Shown: in pieces, positions 35,516-50,500 of the stretch | Numbering within the stretch: position 1 is the stretch's first letter | Layout of the letters: each line of letters starts with the position of its first letter | Origin: Eledone cirrhosa | Lineage: Eukaryota | Assembly (NCBI GenBank): GCA_964016885.1 | Contig: OZ024744.1 | Location: forward strand, 32,302,001 to 32,366,000 | DNA length: 64,000 nucleotides | Direction of reading: 5' to 3' | Notes under the pieces: model-generated | What the model saw: only the letters and a program-made list of their open reading frames with translations | What the model was told of the DNA's origin: nothing | Databases searched by the model: none | Translations under genes and position numbers: made by a program

Positions 35516-38500
35516 GAATTGAGAGATCACAGCAGAGATACTGAGGACAAGTGGTTAGAATGTCTCAGGAAATAATCTCTGAATTGAGAGATCACAGCTC
35601 AGATACTGTGGACATGTGTTTAGAATGTCTCAGGAAAGAATCTCTGAATTGAGAGATCACAGCTCAGATACTGTGGATATGTGGTTAGAAGGTCTCAGGA
35701 AAGAATCTCTGAATTGAGAGATCACAGCTCTGATATTGTGGACATGGGGTTAGAATGTCGCAGGAAAGAATCTCTGAATTGAGAGATCAGAGCTCAGATA
35801 CTGTGGACAAGTGGTTAGAATGTATCAGAAAAGAATCACTGAATTGAGATATCACAGCTCAGATAATCTGGACATATGGTTAGAATGTCTCATGAAAGAA
35901 TCTCTGAATTGAGAGATCACAGATCAGATACTGTGGACATGAGGTTAGAATGTATCAGGAAAGAATCTCAGAATTCAGAGATCACAGTTCAGATACTGTG
36001 GACATGTAGTAAGAATGTCTCAGAAAAGAATCTCTAAATTGAGAGACGACAGCTCAGATACTGTGGACATGTGGTTAGAATGACTCAGGAAAGAATCTCT
36101 GAATTGAGAGATCACAGATCAGATAGTGTGGACATGTGGTTAGAATGTCTCAGGAAAGAATATCTAAATTGAGAGATCAGAGCTCAGATACTGTGGATAT
36201 ATGATTAGAATGTCTCAGGAAAGAATCTCTGAATTGAGAGACCACAGCTCAGATACTGTGGACATGTGGTTAGAATGTCTCAGGAAAGAATCTCTGAATT
36301 GAGAGATCACAGCTCTGATAGTGTGGACATGTGGTTAGAATGTCTCAGGAAAGAATCTCTGAATTGAGATATCACAGCTCAGATACTATGGGCATGAGTT
36401 TAGAATGTCTCAGGAAAGAATCTCTGAATTGAGAGATCACAGATCAGATACTGTGGACATGTGGTTAGAATGTCTCAGGAAAGAATCTCTGAATTGAGAG
36501 ATCACAGATCAGATACTGTGGACATGTGGTTAGAATGTCTCAGGAAAGAATCTCTGAATTGAGAGATCACAGCTCTGATACTGTGGACATGTGGTTAGAA
36601 TGTCTCAGGAAAGAATCTCTGAATTGAGAGATCAGAGCTCAGATACTGTGGACAAGTGGTTAGAATGTATCAGGAAAGAATCTCTGAATTGAGATATCAC
36701 AGCTCAGATACTATGGATATATGATTAGAATGTCTCAGGAAAGAATCTCTGAATTGAGAGATCACAGCTCAGATACTGTGGACATGGGGTTAGAATGTCT
36801 CAGAAAAGAATCTCTGGATTGAGAGATCACAGCTCTGATACTGTGGACATGTGGTTAGAATGTCTCAGGAAAGAATCTCTGAATTGAGAGATCAGAGCTC
36901 AGATACTGTGGACAAGTGGTTAGAATGTATCAGGAAAGAATCTATGAATTGAGAGATCATAGTTCAGATACTGTGGGCATGTGTTTCGAATGTCTCAGGA
37001 AAGAATCTCTGAATTGAGAGATCACAGCTCAGATACTGTGGACATGGGGTTAGAATGTCTCAGGAAAGAATCTCTAAATTGAGAGATCACAGCTCAGATA
37101 TGGTGGACAAGTGGTGAGAATGTATCAGGAAAGAATCTCAGAATTCGGAGATCACAGTTCAGATACTGTGGACATGTGGTTAGAATGTCTCAGCAAAGAA
37201 TCTCGGATTTGAGAGACCTCAGCTCAGATACTGTGGACATGGGCTAGAATGTCTCAGAAAAGAATCTCTGAATTGAGATATCACAGCTCAGATACTATGG
37301 ACATGTGTTTAGAATGTCTCAGGAAAGAATCTCTGAATTGAGAGATCACAGCTCTGATAGTGTGGACAAGTGGTTAGAATGTATCAAGAAAGAATCTCTG
37401 AATTGAGATATCACAGCTCAGACACTATGGATATATGGTTAGAATGTCTCAGGAAAGAATCTCTGAATTGAGAGATCAGAGCTCAGATACTGTGGACAAG
37501 TGGTTAGAATGTATCAGGAAAGAATCTCTGAATTGAGAGATCACAGCTCAGATACTGTGGACATGGGGTTAGAATGTGTCAGGAAAGAATCTCTGAATTG
37601 AGAGATCACAGCTCAGATATGGTGGACAAGTTGTGAGAATGTATCAGGAAAGAATCTCTGAATTGAGAGATCACAGCTCAGATACTGTGGACATGGGGTT
37701 AGAACGTCTCAGAAAAGAATCTCTGAATTGAGAGATCACAGCACTGTTACTGTGGACATGTGGTTAGAATGTCTCAGGAAAGAATCTCTGAATTGAGAGA
37801 TCAGAGCTCAGATACTGTGGACAAGTGGTTAGAATGTATCAGGAAAGAATCTCTGAATTGAGAGATCATAGCTCAGATACTGTGGGCATGTGTTTCGAAT
37901 GTCTTAGGAAAGAATCTCTGAATTGAGAGATCACAGCTCAGATACTGTGGACATGGAGTTAGAATGTCTCAGGAAAGAATCTCTGAATTGAGAGATCACA
38001 GCTCAGATATGGTGGACAAGTGGTGAGAATGTATCAGGAAAGAATCTCAGAATTCGGAGATCACAGTTCAGATACTGTGGACATGTGGTTAGAATGTCTC
38101 AGGAAAGAATCTCGGATTTGAGAGACCACAGCTCAGATACTGTGGACATGGGGCTAGAATGTCTCAGGAAAGAATCTCTGAATTGAGATATCACAGCTCA
38201 GATACTATGGACATGTGTTTAGAATGTCTCAGGAAAGAATCTCTGAATTGAGAGATCACAGCTCTGATAGTGTGGACATGTGGTTAGAATGTCTCAGGAA
38301 AGAATCTCTGAATTGAGAGATCACAGCTCTGCTAGTGTAGACATGTGGTTAGAATGTCTCAGGAAAGAATCTCTGAATTGAGAGATCAGAGCTCAGATAC
38401 TGTGGACAAGTGGTTAGAATGTATCAGGAAAGAATCTCTGAATTGAGAGATCACAGCTCAGATATTGTGGACATTGTGTTAGAATGTGTCAGGAAAGAAT

Positions 38501-41500
38501 CTCTGAATTGAGAGATCACAGCTCAGATATGGTGGACAAGTTGTGAGAATGTATCAGGAAAGAATCTCAGAATTCAGAGATCAGAGTTCAGATACTGTGG
38601 ACATGTGGTTAGAATGTCTCAGGAAAGAATCTCTGATTTGAGAGATCACAGCTCAGATACTGTGGACATGTAGTTAGAATGTCTCAGAAAAGAATCTCTA
38701 AATTGAGAGACCACAGCTCAGATACTGTGGACATGTGGTTAGAATGTCTCAGGAAAGAATCTCTAAATTGAGAGACCACAGCTCAGATACTGTGGACAAG
38801 TGGTTAGAATGTCTCAGGAAAGAATCTCTGAATTGAGAGATCACAGCTCGGATAGTGTGGACATGTGGTTAGAATGTCTCAGGAAAGAATCTCTGAATTG
38901 AGATATCACAGCTCAGATACTATGGACATGAGTTTAGAATGTCTCAGGAAAGAATCTCTGAATTGAGAGATCACAGCTCTGATACTGTGGACATGTGGTT
39001 AGAATGTCTCAGGAAAGAATCTCTGAATTGAGAGATCAAAGCTCAGATACTGTGGACAAGTGGTTAGAATGTATCAGGAAAGAATCTCTGAATTGAGATA
39101 TCACAGCTCAGATACTATGGAAATATGGTTAGAATGTCTCAGAAAAGAATCTCTGAATTGAGAGATCACAGCTCGGATACGGTGGACATGTGGTTAGAAT
39201 GTCTCAGGAAAGAATCTCTGAATTGAGAGATCACAGATCAGATACTGTGGACAAGTGGTTAGAATGTATCAGGAAAGAATCTCTGAATTGAGATATCACA
39301 GCTCAGATACTATGGATATATGGTTAGAATGTCTCAGGAAAGAATCTCTGAATTGAGAGATCAGAGCTCAGATACTGTGGACAAGTGGTTAGAATGTATC
39401 AGGAAAGAATCTCTGAATTGAGAGATCATAGCTCAGATACTGTGGGCAATTGTTTCGAATGTCTCAGGAAAGAATCTCTGAATTGAGAGATCACAGCTCA
39501 GATACTGTGGACATGGAGTTAGAATGTCTCAGGAAAGAATCTCTGAATTGAGAGATCACAGCTCAGATATGGTGGACAAGTGGTGAGAACGTATCAGGAA
39601 AGAATCTCTGAATTGAGATATCACAGCTCAGATACTATGGATATATGGTTAGAATGTCTCAGAAAAGAATCTCTGAATTGAGAGATCACAGCTCGGATAC
39701 GGTGGACATGTGGTTAGAATGTCTCAGGAAAGAATCTCTGAATTGAGAGATCAGAGCTCAGATACTGCGGACAAGTGGTTAGAATGTATCAGGAAAGAAT
39801 CTCTGAATTGAGATATCACAGCTCAGATACTATGGATATATGGTTAGAATGTCTCAGGAAAGAATCTCTGAATTGAGAGATCACAGCTCAGATACTGTGG
39901 ACATGGGGTTAGAACGTCTCAGAAAAGAATCTCTGAATTGAGAGATCACAGCACTGATACTGTGGACATGTGGTTAGAATGTCTCAGGAAAGAATCTCTG
40001 AATTGAGAGATCAGAGCTCAGATACTGTGGACAAGTGGTTAGAATGTATCAGGAAAGAATCTCTGAATTGAGAGATCATAGCTCAGATACTGTGGGCATG
40101 TGTTTCGAATGTCTTAGGAAAGAATCTCTGAATTGAGAGATCACAGCTCTGATACTGTGGACATGTGGTTAGAATGTCTCAGGAAAGAATCTCTGAATTG
40201 AGAGATCAAAGCTCAGATACTGTGGACAAGTGGTTAGAATGTATCAGGAAAGAATCTCTGAATTGAGATATCACAGCTCAGATACTATGGACATGAGTTT
40301 AGAATGTCTCAGGAAAGAATCTCTGAATTGAGAGATCACAGCTCTGATACTGTGGACATGTGGTTAGAATGTCTCAGGAAAGAATCTCTGAATTGAGAGA
40401 TCAAAGCTCAGATACTGTGGATATATGGTTAGAATGTCTCAGAAAAGAATCTCTGAATTGAGAGATCACAGCTCGGATACGGTGGACATGTGGTTAGAAT
40501 GTCTCAGGAAAGAATCTCTGAATTGAGAGATCACAGATCAGATACTGTGGACAAGTGGTTAGAATGTATCAGGAAAGAATCTCTGAATTGAGATATCGTA
40601 GCTCAGATACTATGGATATATGGTTAGAATGTCTCAGGAAAGAATCTCTGAATTGAGAGATCAGAGCTCAGATACTGTGGACAAGTGGTTAGAATGTATC
40701 AGGAAAGAATCTCTGAATTGAGAGATCATAGCTCAGATACTGTGGGCAATTGTTTCGAATGTCTCAGAAAAGAATCTCTGAATTGAGAGATCACAGCTCA
40801 GATACTGCGGACATGGAGTTAGAATGTCTCAGGAAAGAATCTCTGAATTGAGAGATCACAGCTCAGATATGGTGGACAAGTGGTGAGAACGTATCAGGAA
40901 AGAATCTCTGAATTGAGATATCACAGCTCAGATACTATGGATATATGGTTAGAATGTCTCAGAAAAGAATCTCTGAATTGAGAGATCACAGCTCGGATAC
41001 GGTGGACATGCGGTTAGAATGTCTCAGGAAAGAATCTATGAATTGAGAGATCAGAGCTCAGATACTGTGGACAAGTGGTTAGAATGTATCAGGAAAGAAT
41101 CTCTGAATTGAGATATCACAGCTCAGATACTATGGATATATGGTTAGAATGTCTCAGGAAAGAATCTCTGAATTGAGAGATCACAGCTCAGATACTGTGG
41201 ACATGGGGTTAGAACGTCTCAGAAAAGAATCTCTGAATTGAGAGATCACAGCACTGATACTGTGGACATGTGGTTAGAATGTCTCAGGAAAGAATCTCTG
41301 AATTGAGAGATCAGAGCTCAGATACTGTGGACAAGTGGTTAGAATGTATCAGGAAAGAATCTCTGAATTGAGAGATCATAGCTCAGATACTGTGGGCATG
41401 TGTTTCGAATGTCTTAGGAAAGAATCTCTGAATTGAGAGATCACAGCTCAGATACTGTGGACATGGAGTTAGAATGTCTCAGGAAAGAATCTCTGAATTG

Positions 41501-44500
41501 AGAGATCACAGCTCAGATATGGTGGACAAGTGGTGAGAATATATCAGGAAAGAATCTCAGAATTCGGAGATCACAGTTCAGATACTGTGGACATGTGGTT
41601 AGAATGTCTCAGGAAAGAATCTCGGATTTGAGAGACCACAGCTCAGATATTGTGGACATGGGGCTAGAATGTCTCAGGAAAGAATCTCTGAATTGAGGTA
41701 TCACAGCTCAGATACTATGGACATGTGTTTAGAAAGTCTCAGGAAAGAATCTCTGAATTCAGAGATCACAGCTCTGATAGTGTGGACATGTGGTTAGAAT
41801 GTCTCAGGAAAGAATCTCTGAATTGAGAGATCACAGCTCTGATAGTGTGGACATGTGGTTAGAATGTCTCAGGAAAGAATCTCTGAATTGAGAGATCAGA
41901 GCTCAGATACTGTGGACAAGTGGTTAGAATGTATCAGGAAAGAATCTCTGAATTGAAAGATCACAGCTCAGATACTGTGGACATGGGGTTAGAATGTGTC
42001 AGGAAAGAATCTCTGAATTGAGAGATCACAGCTCAGATATGGTGGACAAATTGTGAGAATGTATCAGGAAAGAATCTCAGAATTCAGAGATCACAGTTCA
42101 AATACTGTGGACATGTGGTTAGAACGTCTCAGGAAAGAATCTCTGATTTGAGAGATCACAGCTCAGATACTGTGGACATGTAGTTAGAATGTCTCCGAAA
42201 AGAATCTCTAAATTGAGAGACCACAGCTCAGATACTGTGGACATGTGGTTAGAATGTCTCAGGAAAGAATCTCTAAATTGAGAGACCACAGCTCAGATAC
42301 TGTGGACAAGTGGTTAGAATGTCTCAGGAAAGAATCTCTGAATTGAGAGATCACAGCTCGGATAGTGTGGACATGTGGTTAGAATGTCTCAGGAAAGAAT
42401 CTCTGAATTGAGATATCACAGCTCAGATACTATGGACATGAGTTTAGAATGTCTCAGGAAAGAATCTCTGAATTGAGAGATCACAGCTCTGATACTGTGG
42501 ACATGTGGTTAGAATGTCTCAGGAAAGAATCTCTGAATTGAGAGATCAAAGCTCAGATACTGTGGACAAGTGGTTAGAATGTATCAAGAAAGAATCTCTG
42601 AATTGAGATATCACAGCTCAGATACTATGGATATATGGTTAGAATGTCTCAGAAAAGAATCTCTGAATTGAGAGATCACAGCTCGGATACGGTGGACATG
42701 TGGTTAGAATGTCTCAGGAAAGAATCTCTGAATTGAGAGATCAGAGCTCAGATACTGTGGACAAGTGGTTAGAATGTATCAGGAAAGAATCTCTGAATTG
42801 AGATATCACAGCTCAGATACTATGGATATATGGTTAGAATGTCTCAGGAAAGAATCTCTGAATTGAGAGATCAGAGCTCAGATACTGTGGACAAGTGGTT
42901 AGAATGTATCAGGAAAGAATCTCTGAATTGAGAGATCATAGCTCAGATACTGTGGGCAATTGTTTCAAATGTCTCAAGAAAGAATCTCTGAATTGAGAGA
43001 TCACAGCTCAGATACTGTGGACATGTCGTTAGAATGTCTCAGGAAAGAATCTCTGAATTGAGAGATCACAGCTCAGATATGGTGGACAAGTGGTGAGAAT
43101 GTATCAGGAAAGAATCTCAGAATTCGGAGATCACAGTTCAGATACAGTGGACATGTGGTTAGAATGTCTCAGGAAAGAATCTCGGATTTGAGAGACCACA
43201 GCTCAGATACTGTGGACATGGGGCTAGAATGTCTCAGGAAAGAATCTGTGAATTGAGGTATCACAGCTCAGATACTATGGACATGTGTTTAGAATGTCTC
43301 AGGAAAGAATCTCTGAATTGAGAGATCACAGCTCTGATAGTGTGGACATGTGGTTAGAATGTCTCAGGAAAGAATCTCTGAATTGAGAGATCACAGCTCT
43401 GATAGTGTGGACATGTGGTTAGAATGTCTCAGGAAAGAATCTCTGAATTGAGAGATCAGAGCTCAGATACTGTGGACAAGTGGTTAGAATGTATCAGGAA
43501 AGAATCTCTGAATTGAGAGATCACAGCTCAGATACTGTGGACATGGGGTTAGAATATGTCAGGAAAGAATCTCTGAATTGAGAGATCACAGCTCAGATAT
43601 GGTGGACAAATTGTGAGAATGTATCAGGAAAGAATCTCAGAATTCAGTGATCACAGCTCAGATACTGTGGACATGTGGTTAGAATGTCTCAGGAAAGAAT
43701 CTCTGATTTGAGAGATCACAGCTCAGATACTGTGGACATGTAGTTAGAATGTCTCAGAAAAGAATCTCTAAATTGAGAGACCACAGCTCAGATACTGTGG
43801 ACATGTGGTTAGAATGTCTCAGGAAAGAATCTCTAAATTGAGAGACCACAGCTCAGATACTGTGGACATGGGGTTAGAACGTGTCAGAAAAGAATCTCTG
43901 AATTGAGAGATCACAGCACTGATACTGTGGACATGTGGTTAGAATGTCTCAGGAAAGAATCTCTGAATTGAGAGATCAGAGCTCAGATACTGTGGACAAG
44001 TGGTTAGAATGTATCAAGAAAGAATCTCTGAATTGAGAGATCATAGCTAAGATACTGTGGGCATGTGTTTCGAATGTCTTAGGAAAGAATCTCTGAATTG
44101 AGAGATCACAGCTCTGATACTGTGGACATGTGGTTAGAATGTCTCAGGAAAGAATCTCTGAATTGAGAGATCAAAGCTCAGATACTGTGGACAAGTGGTT
44201 AGAATGTATCAGGAAAGAATCTCTGAATTGAGATATCACAGCTCAGATACTATGGACATGAGTTTAGAATGTCTCAGGAAAGAATCTCTGAATTGAGAGA
44301 TCACAGCTCTGATACTGTGGACATGTGGTTAGAATGTCTCAGGAAAGAATCTCTGAATTGAGAGATCAAAGCTCAGATACTGTGGATATATGGTTAGAAT
44401 GTCTCAGAAAAGAATCTCTGAATTGAGAGATCACAGCTCTGATAGTGTGGACATGTGGTTAGAATGTCTCAGGAAAGAATCTCTGAATTGAGAGATCACA

Positions 44501-47500
44501 GATCAGATACTGTGGACAAGTGGTTAGAATGTATCAGGAAAGAATCTCTGAATTGAGATATCATAGCTCAGATACTATGGATATATGGTTAGAATGTCTC
44601 AGGAAAGAATCTCTGAATTGAGAGATCAGAGCTCAGATACTGTGGACAAGTGGTTAGAATGTATCAGGAAAGAATCTCTGAATTGAGAGATCATAGCTCA
44701 GATACTGTGGGCAATTGTTTCGAATGTCTCAGAAAAGAATCTCTGAATTGAGAGATCACAGCTCAGATACTGCGGACATGGAGTTAGAATGTCTCAGGAA
44801 AGAATCTCTGAATTGAGAGATCACAGCTCAGATATGGTGGACAAGTGGTGAGAACGTATCAGGAAAGAATCTCTGAATTGAGATATCACAGCTCAGATAC
44901 TATGGATATATGGTTAGAATGTCTCAGAAAAGAATCTCTGAATTGAGAGATCACAGCTCGGATACGGTGGACATGTGGTTAGAATGTCTCAGGAAAGAAT
45001 CTCTGAATTGAGAGATCAGAGCTCAGATACTGTGGACAAGTGGTTAGAATGTATCAGGAAAGAATCTCTGAATTGAGATATCACAGCTCAGATACTATGG
45101 ATATATGGTTAGAATGTCTCAGGAAAGAATCTCTGAATTGAGAGATCACAGCTCAGATACTGTGGACATGGGGTTAGAACGTCTCAGAAAAGAATCTCTG
45201 AATTGAGAGATCACAGCACTGATACTGTGGACATGTGGTTAGAATGTCTCAGGAAAGAGTCTCTGAATTGAGAGATCAGAGCTCAGATACTGTGGACAAG
45301 TGGTTAGAATGTATCAGGAAAGAATCTCTGAATTGAGAGATCATAGCTCAGATACTGTGGGCATGTGTTTCGAATGTCTTAGGAAAGAATCTCTGAATTG
45401 AGAGATCACAGCTCAGATACTGTGGACATGGAGTTAGAATGTCTCAGGAAAGAATCTCTGAATTGAGAGATCACAGCTCAGATATGGTGGACAAGTGGTG
45501 AGAATATATCAGGAAAGAATCTCAGAATTCGGAGATCACAGTTCAGATACTGTGGACATGTGGTTAGAATGTCTCAGGAAAGAATCTCGGATTTGAGAGA
45601 CCACAGCTCAGATATTGTGGACATGGGGCTAGAATGTCTCAGGAAAGAATCTCTGAATTGAGGTATCACAGCTCAGATACTATGGACATGTGTTTAGAAT
45701 GTCTCAGGAAAGAATCTCTGAATTCAGAGATCACAGCTCTGATAGTGTGGACATGTGGTTAGAATGTCTCAGGAAAGAATCTCTGAATTGAGAGATCACA
45801 GCTCTGATAGTGTGGACATGTGGTTAGAATGTCTCAGGAAAGAATCTCTGAATTGAGAGATCAGAGCTCAGATACTGTGGACAAGTGGTTAGAATGTATC
45901 AGGAAAGAATCTCTGAATTGAATGATCACAGCTCAGATACTGTGGACATGGGGTTAGAATGTGTCAGGAAAGAATCTCTGAATTGAGAGATCACAGCTCA
46001 GATATGGTGGACAAATTGTGAGAATGTATCAGGAAAGAATCTCAGAATTCAGAGATCACAGTTCAAATACTGTGGACATGTGGTTAGAACGTCTCAGGAA
46101 AGAATCTCTGATTTGAGAGATCACAGCTCAGATACTGTGGACATGTAGTTAGAATGTCTCCGAAAAGAATCTCTAAATTGAGAGACCACAGCTCAGATAC
46201 TGTGGACATGTGGTTAGAATGTCTCAGGAAAGAATCTCTGAATTGAGAGACCACAGCTCAGATACTGTGGACAAGTGGTTAGAATGTCTCAGGAAAGAAT
46301 CTCTGAATTGAGAGATCACAGCTCGGATAGTGTGGACATGTGGTTAGAATGTCTCAGGAAAGAATCTCTAAATTGAGATATCACAGCTCAGATACTATGG
46401 ACATGAGTTTAGAATGTCTCAGGAAAGAATCTCTGAATTGAGAGATCACAGCTCTGATACTGTGGACATGTGGTTAGAATGTCTCAGGAAAGAATCTCTG
46501 AATTGAGAGATCAAAGCTCAGATACTGTGGACAAGTGGTTAGAATGTATCAAGAAAGAATCTCTGAATTGAGATATCACAGCTCAGATACTATGGATATA
46601 TGGTTAGAATGTCTCAGAAAAGAATCTCTGAATTGAGAGATCACAGCTCGGATACGGTGGACATGTGGTTAGAATGTCTCAGGAAAGAATCTCTGAATTG
46701 AGAGATCAGAGCTCAGATACTGTGGACAAGTGGTTAGAATGTATCAGGAAAGAATCTCTGAATTGAGATATCACAGCTCAGATACTATGGATATATGGTT
46801 AGAATGTCTCAGGAAAGAATCTCTGAATTGAGAGATCAGAGCTCAGATACTGTGGACAAGTGGTTAGAATGTATCAGGAAAGAATCTCTGAATTGAGAGA
46901 TCATAGCTCAGATACTGTGGGCAATTGTTTCAAATGTCTCAAGAAAGAATCTCTGAATTGAGAGATCACAGCTCAGATACTGTGGACATGTCGTTAGAAT
47001 GTCTCAGGAAAGAATCTCTGAATTGAGAGATCACAGCTCAGATATGGTGGACAAGTGGTGAGAATGTATCAGGAAAGAATCTCAGAATTCGGAGATCACA
47101 GTTCAGATACAGTGGACATGTGGTTAGAATGTCTCAGGAAAGAATCTCGGATTTGAGAGACCACAGCTCAGATACTGTGGACATGGGGCTAGAATGTCTC
47201 AGGAAAGAATCTGTGAATTGAGGTATCACAGCTCAGATACTATGGACATGTGTTTAGAATGTCTCAGGAAAGAATCTCTGAATTGAGAGATCACAGCTCT
47301 GATAGTGTGGACATGTGGTTAGAATGTCTCAGGAAAGAATCTCTGAATTGAGAGATCACAGCTCTGATAGTGTGGACATGTGGTTAGAATGTCTCAGGAA
47401 AGAATCTCTGAATTGAGAGATCAGAGCTCAGATACTGTGGACAAGTGGTTAGAATGTATCAGGAAAGAATCTCTGAATTGAGAGATCACAGCTCAGATAC

Positions 47501-50500
47501 TGTGGACATGGGGTTAGAATATGTCAGGAAAGAATCTCTGAATTGAGAGATCACAGCTCAGATATGGTGGACAAATTGTGAGAATGTATCAGGAAAGAAT
47601 CTCAGAATTCAGTGATCACAGCTCAGATACTGTGGACATGTGGCTAGAATGTCTCAGGAAAGAATCTCTGATTTGAGAGATCACAGCTCAGATACTGTGG
47701 ACATGTAGTTAGAATGTCTCAGAAAAGAATCTCTAAATTGAGAGACCACAGCTCAGATACTGTGGACATGTGGTTAGAATGTCTCAGGAAAGAATCTCTA
47801 AATTGAGAGACCACAGCTCAGATACTGTGGACAAGTGGTTAGAATGTCTCAGGAAAGAATCTCTGAATTGAGAGATCACAGCTCTGATAGTGTGGACATG
47901 TGGTTTGAATGTCTCAGGAAAGAATCTCTGAATTGAGATATCACAGCTCAGATACTATGGACATGAGTTTAGAATGTCTCAGGAAAGAATCTCTGAATTG
48001 AGAGATCACAGCTCTGATACTGTGGACATGTGGTTAGAATGTCTCAGGAAAGAATCTCTGAATTGATAGATCACAGCTCTGATAGTGTGGACATGTGGTT
48101 AGAATGTCTCAGGAAAGAATCTCTGAATTGAGATATCACAGATCAGATACTATGGACATGAGTTTAGAATGTCTCAGGAAAGAAGCTCTGATTTGAGAGA
48201 TCACAGCTCAGATACTGTGGACATGTAGTTAGAACGTCTCAGAAAAGAATCTCTAAATTGAGAGACCACAGCTCAGATACTGTGGACATGTGGTTAGAAT
48301 GTCTCAGGAAAGAATCTCTAAATTGAGAGACCACAGCTCAGATACTGTGGACATGGGGTTAGAACGTGTCAGAAAAGAATCTCTGAATTGAGAGATCACA
48401 GCACTGATACTGTGGACATGTGGTTAGAATGTCTCAGGAAAGAATCTCTGAATTGAGAGATCAGAGCTCAGATACTGTGGACAGGTGGTTAGAATGTATC
48501 AGGAAAGAATCTCTGAATTGAGAGATCATAGCTATGATACTGTGGGCATGTGTTTCGAATGTCTTAGGAAAGAATCTCTGAATTGAGAGATCACAGCTCT
48601 GATACTGTGGACATGTGGTTAGAATGTCTCAGGAAAGAATCTCTGAATTGAGAGATCAAAGCTCAGATACTGTGGACAAGTGGTTAGAATGTATCAGGAA
48701 AGAATCTCTGAATTGAGATATCACAGCTCAGATACTATGGACATGAGTTTAGAATGTCTCAGGAAAGAATCTCTGAATTGAGAGATCACAGCTCTGATAC
48801 TGTGGACATGTGGTTAGAATGTCTCAGGAAAGAATCTCTGAATTGAGAGATCAAAGCTCAGATACTGTGGATATATGGTTAGAATGTCTCAGAAAAGAAT
48901 CTCTGAATTGAGAGATCACAGCTCGGATACGGTGGACATGTGGTTAGAATGTCTCAGGAAAGAATCTCTGAATTGAGAGATCACAGATCAGATACTGTGG
49001 ACAAGTGGTTAGAATGTATCAGGAAAGAATCTCTGAATTGAGATATCATAGCTCAGATACTATGGATATATGGTTAGAATGTCTCAGGAAAGAATCTCTG
49101 AATTGAGAGATCAGAGCTCAGATACTGTGGACAAGTGGTTAGAATGTATCAGGAAAGAATCTCTGAATTGAGAGATCATAGCTCAGATACTGTGGGCAAT
49201 TGGTTCGAATGTCTCAGAAAAGAATCTCTGAATTGAGAGATCACAGCTCAGATACTGCGGACATGGAGTTAGAATGTCTCAGGAAAGAATCTCTGAATTG
49301 AGAGATCACAGCTCAGATATGGTGGACAAGTGGTGAGAACGTATCAGGAAAGAATCTCTGAATTGAGATATCACAGCTCAGATACTATGGATATATGGTT
49401 AGAATGTCTCAGAAAAGAATCTCTGAATTGAGAGATCACAGCTCGGATACGGTGGACATGTGGTTAGAATGTCTCAGGAAAGAATCTCTGAATTGAGAGA
49501 TCAGAGCTCAGATACTGTGGACAAGTGGTTAGAATGTATCAGGAAAGAATCTCTGAATTGAGATATCACAGCTCAGATACTATGGATATATGGTTAGAAT
49601 GTCTCAGGAAAGAATCTCTGAATTGAGAGATCACAGCTCAGATACTGTGGACATGGGGTTAGAACGTCTCAGAAAAGAATCTCTGAATTGAGAGATCACA
49701 GCACTGATACTGTGGACATGTGGTTAGAATGTCTCAGGAAAGAATCTCTGAATTGAGAGATCAGAGCTCAGATACTGTGGACAAGTGGTTAGAATGTATC
49801 AGGAAAGAATCTCTGAATTGAGAGATCATAGCTCAGATACTGTGGGCATGTGTTTCGAATGTCTTAGGAAAGAATCTCTGAATTGAGAGATCACAGCTCA
49901 GATACTGTGGACATGGAGTTAGAATGTCTCAGGAAAGAATCTCTGAATTGAGAGATCACAGCTCAGATATGGTGGACAAGTGGTGAGAATATATCAGGAA
50001 AGAATCTCAGAATTCGGAGATCACAGTTCAGATACTGTGGACATGTGGTTAGAATGTATCAGGAAAGAATCTCGGATTTGAGAGACCACAGCTCAGATAT
50101 TGTGGACATGGGGCTAGAATGTCTCAGGAAAGAATCTCTGAATTGAGATATCACAGCTCAGATACTATGGACATGTGTTTAGAATGTCTCAGGAAAGAAT
50201 CTCTGAATTCAGAGATCACAGCTCTGATAGTGTGGACATGTGGTTAGAATGTCTCAGGAAAGAATCTCTGAATTGAGAGATCACAGCTCTGATAGTGTGG
50301 ACATGTGGTTAGAATGTCTCAGGAAAGAATCTCTGAATTGAGAGATCAGAGCTCAGATACTGTGGACAAGTGGTTAGAATGTATCAGGAAAGAATCTCTG
50401 AATTGAAAGATCACAGCTCAGATACTGTGGACATGGGGTTAGAATGTGTCAGGAAAGAATCTCTGAATTGAGAGATCACAGCTCAGATATGGTGGACAAA

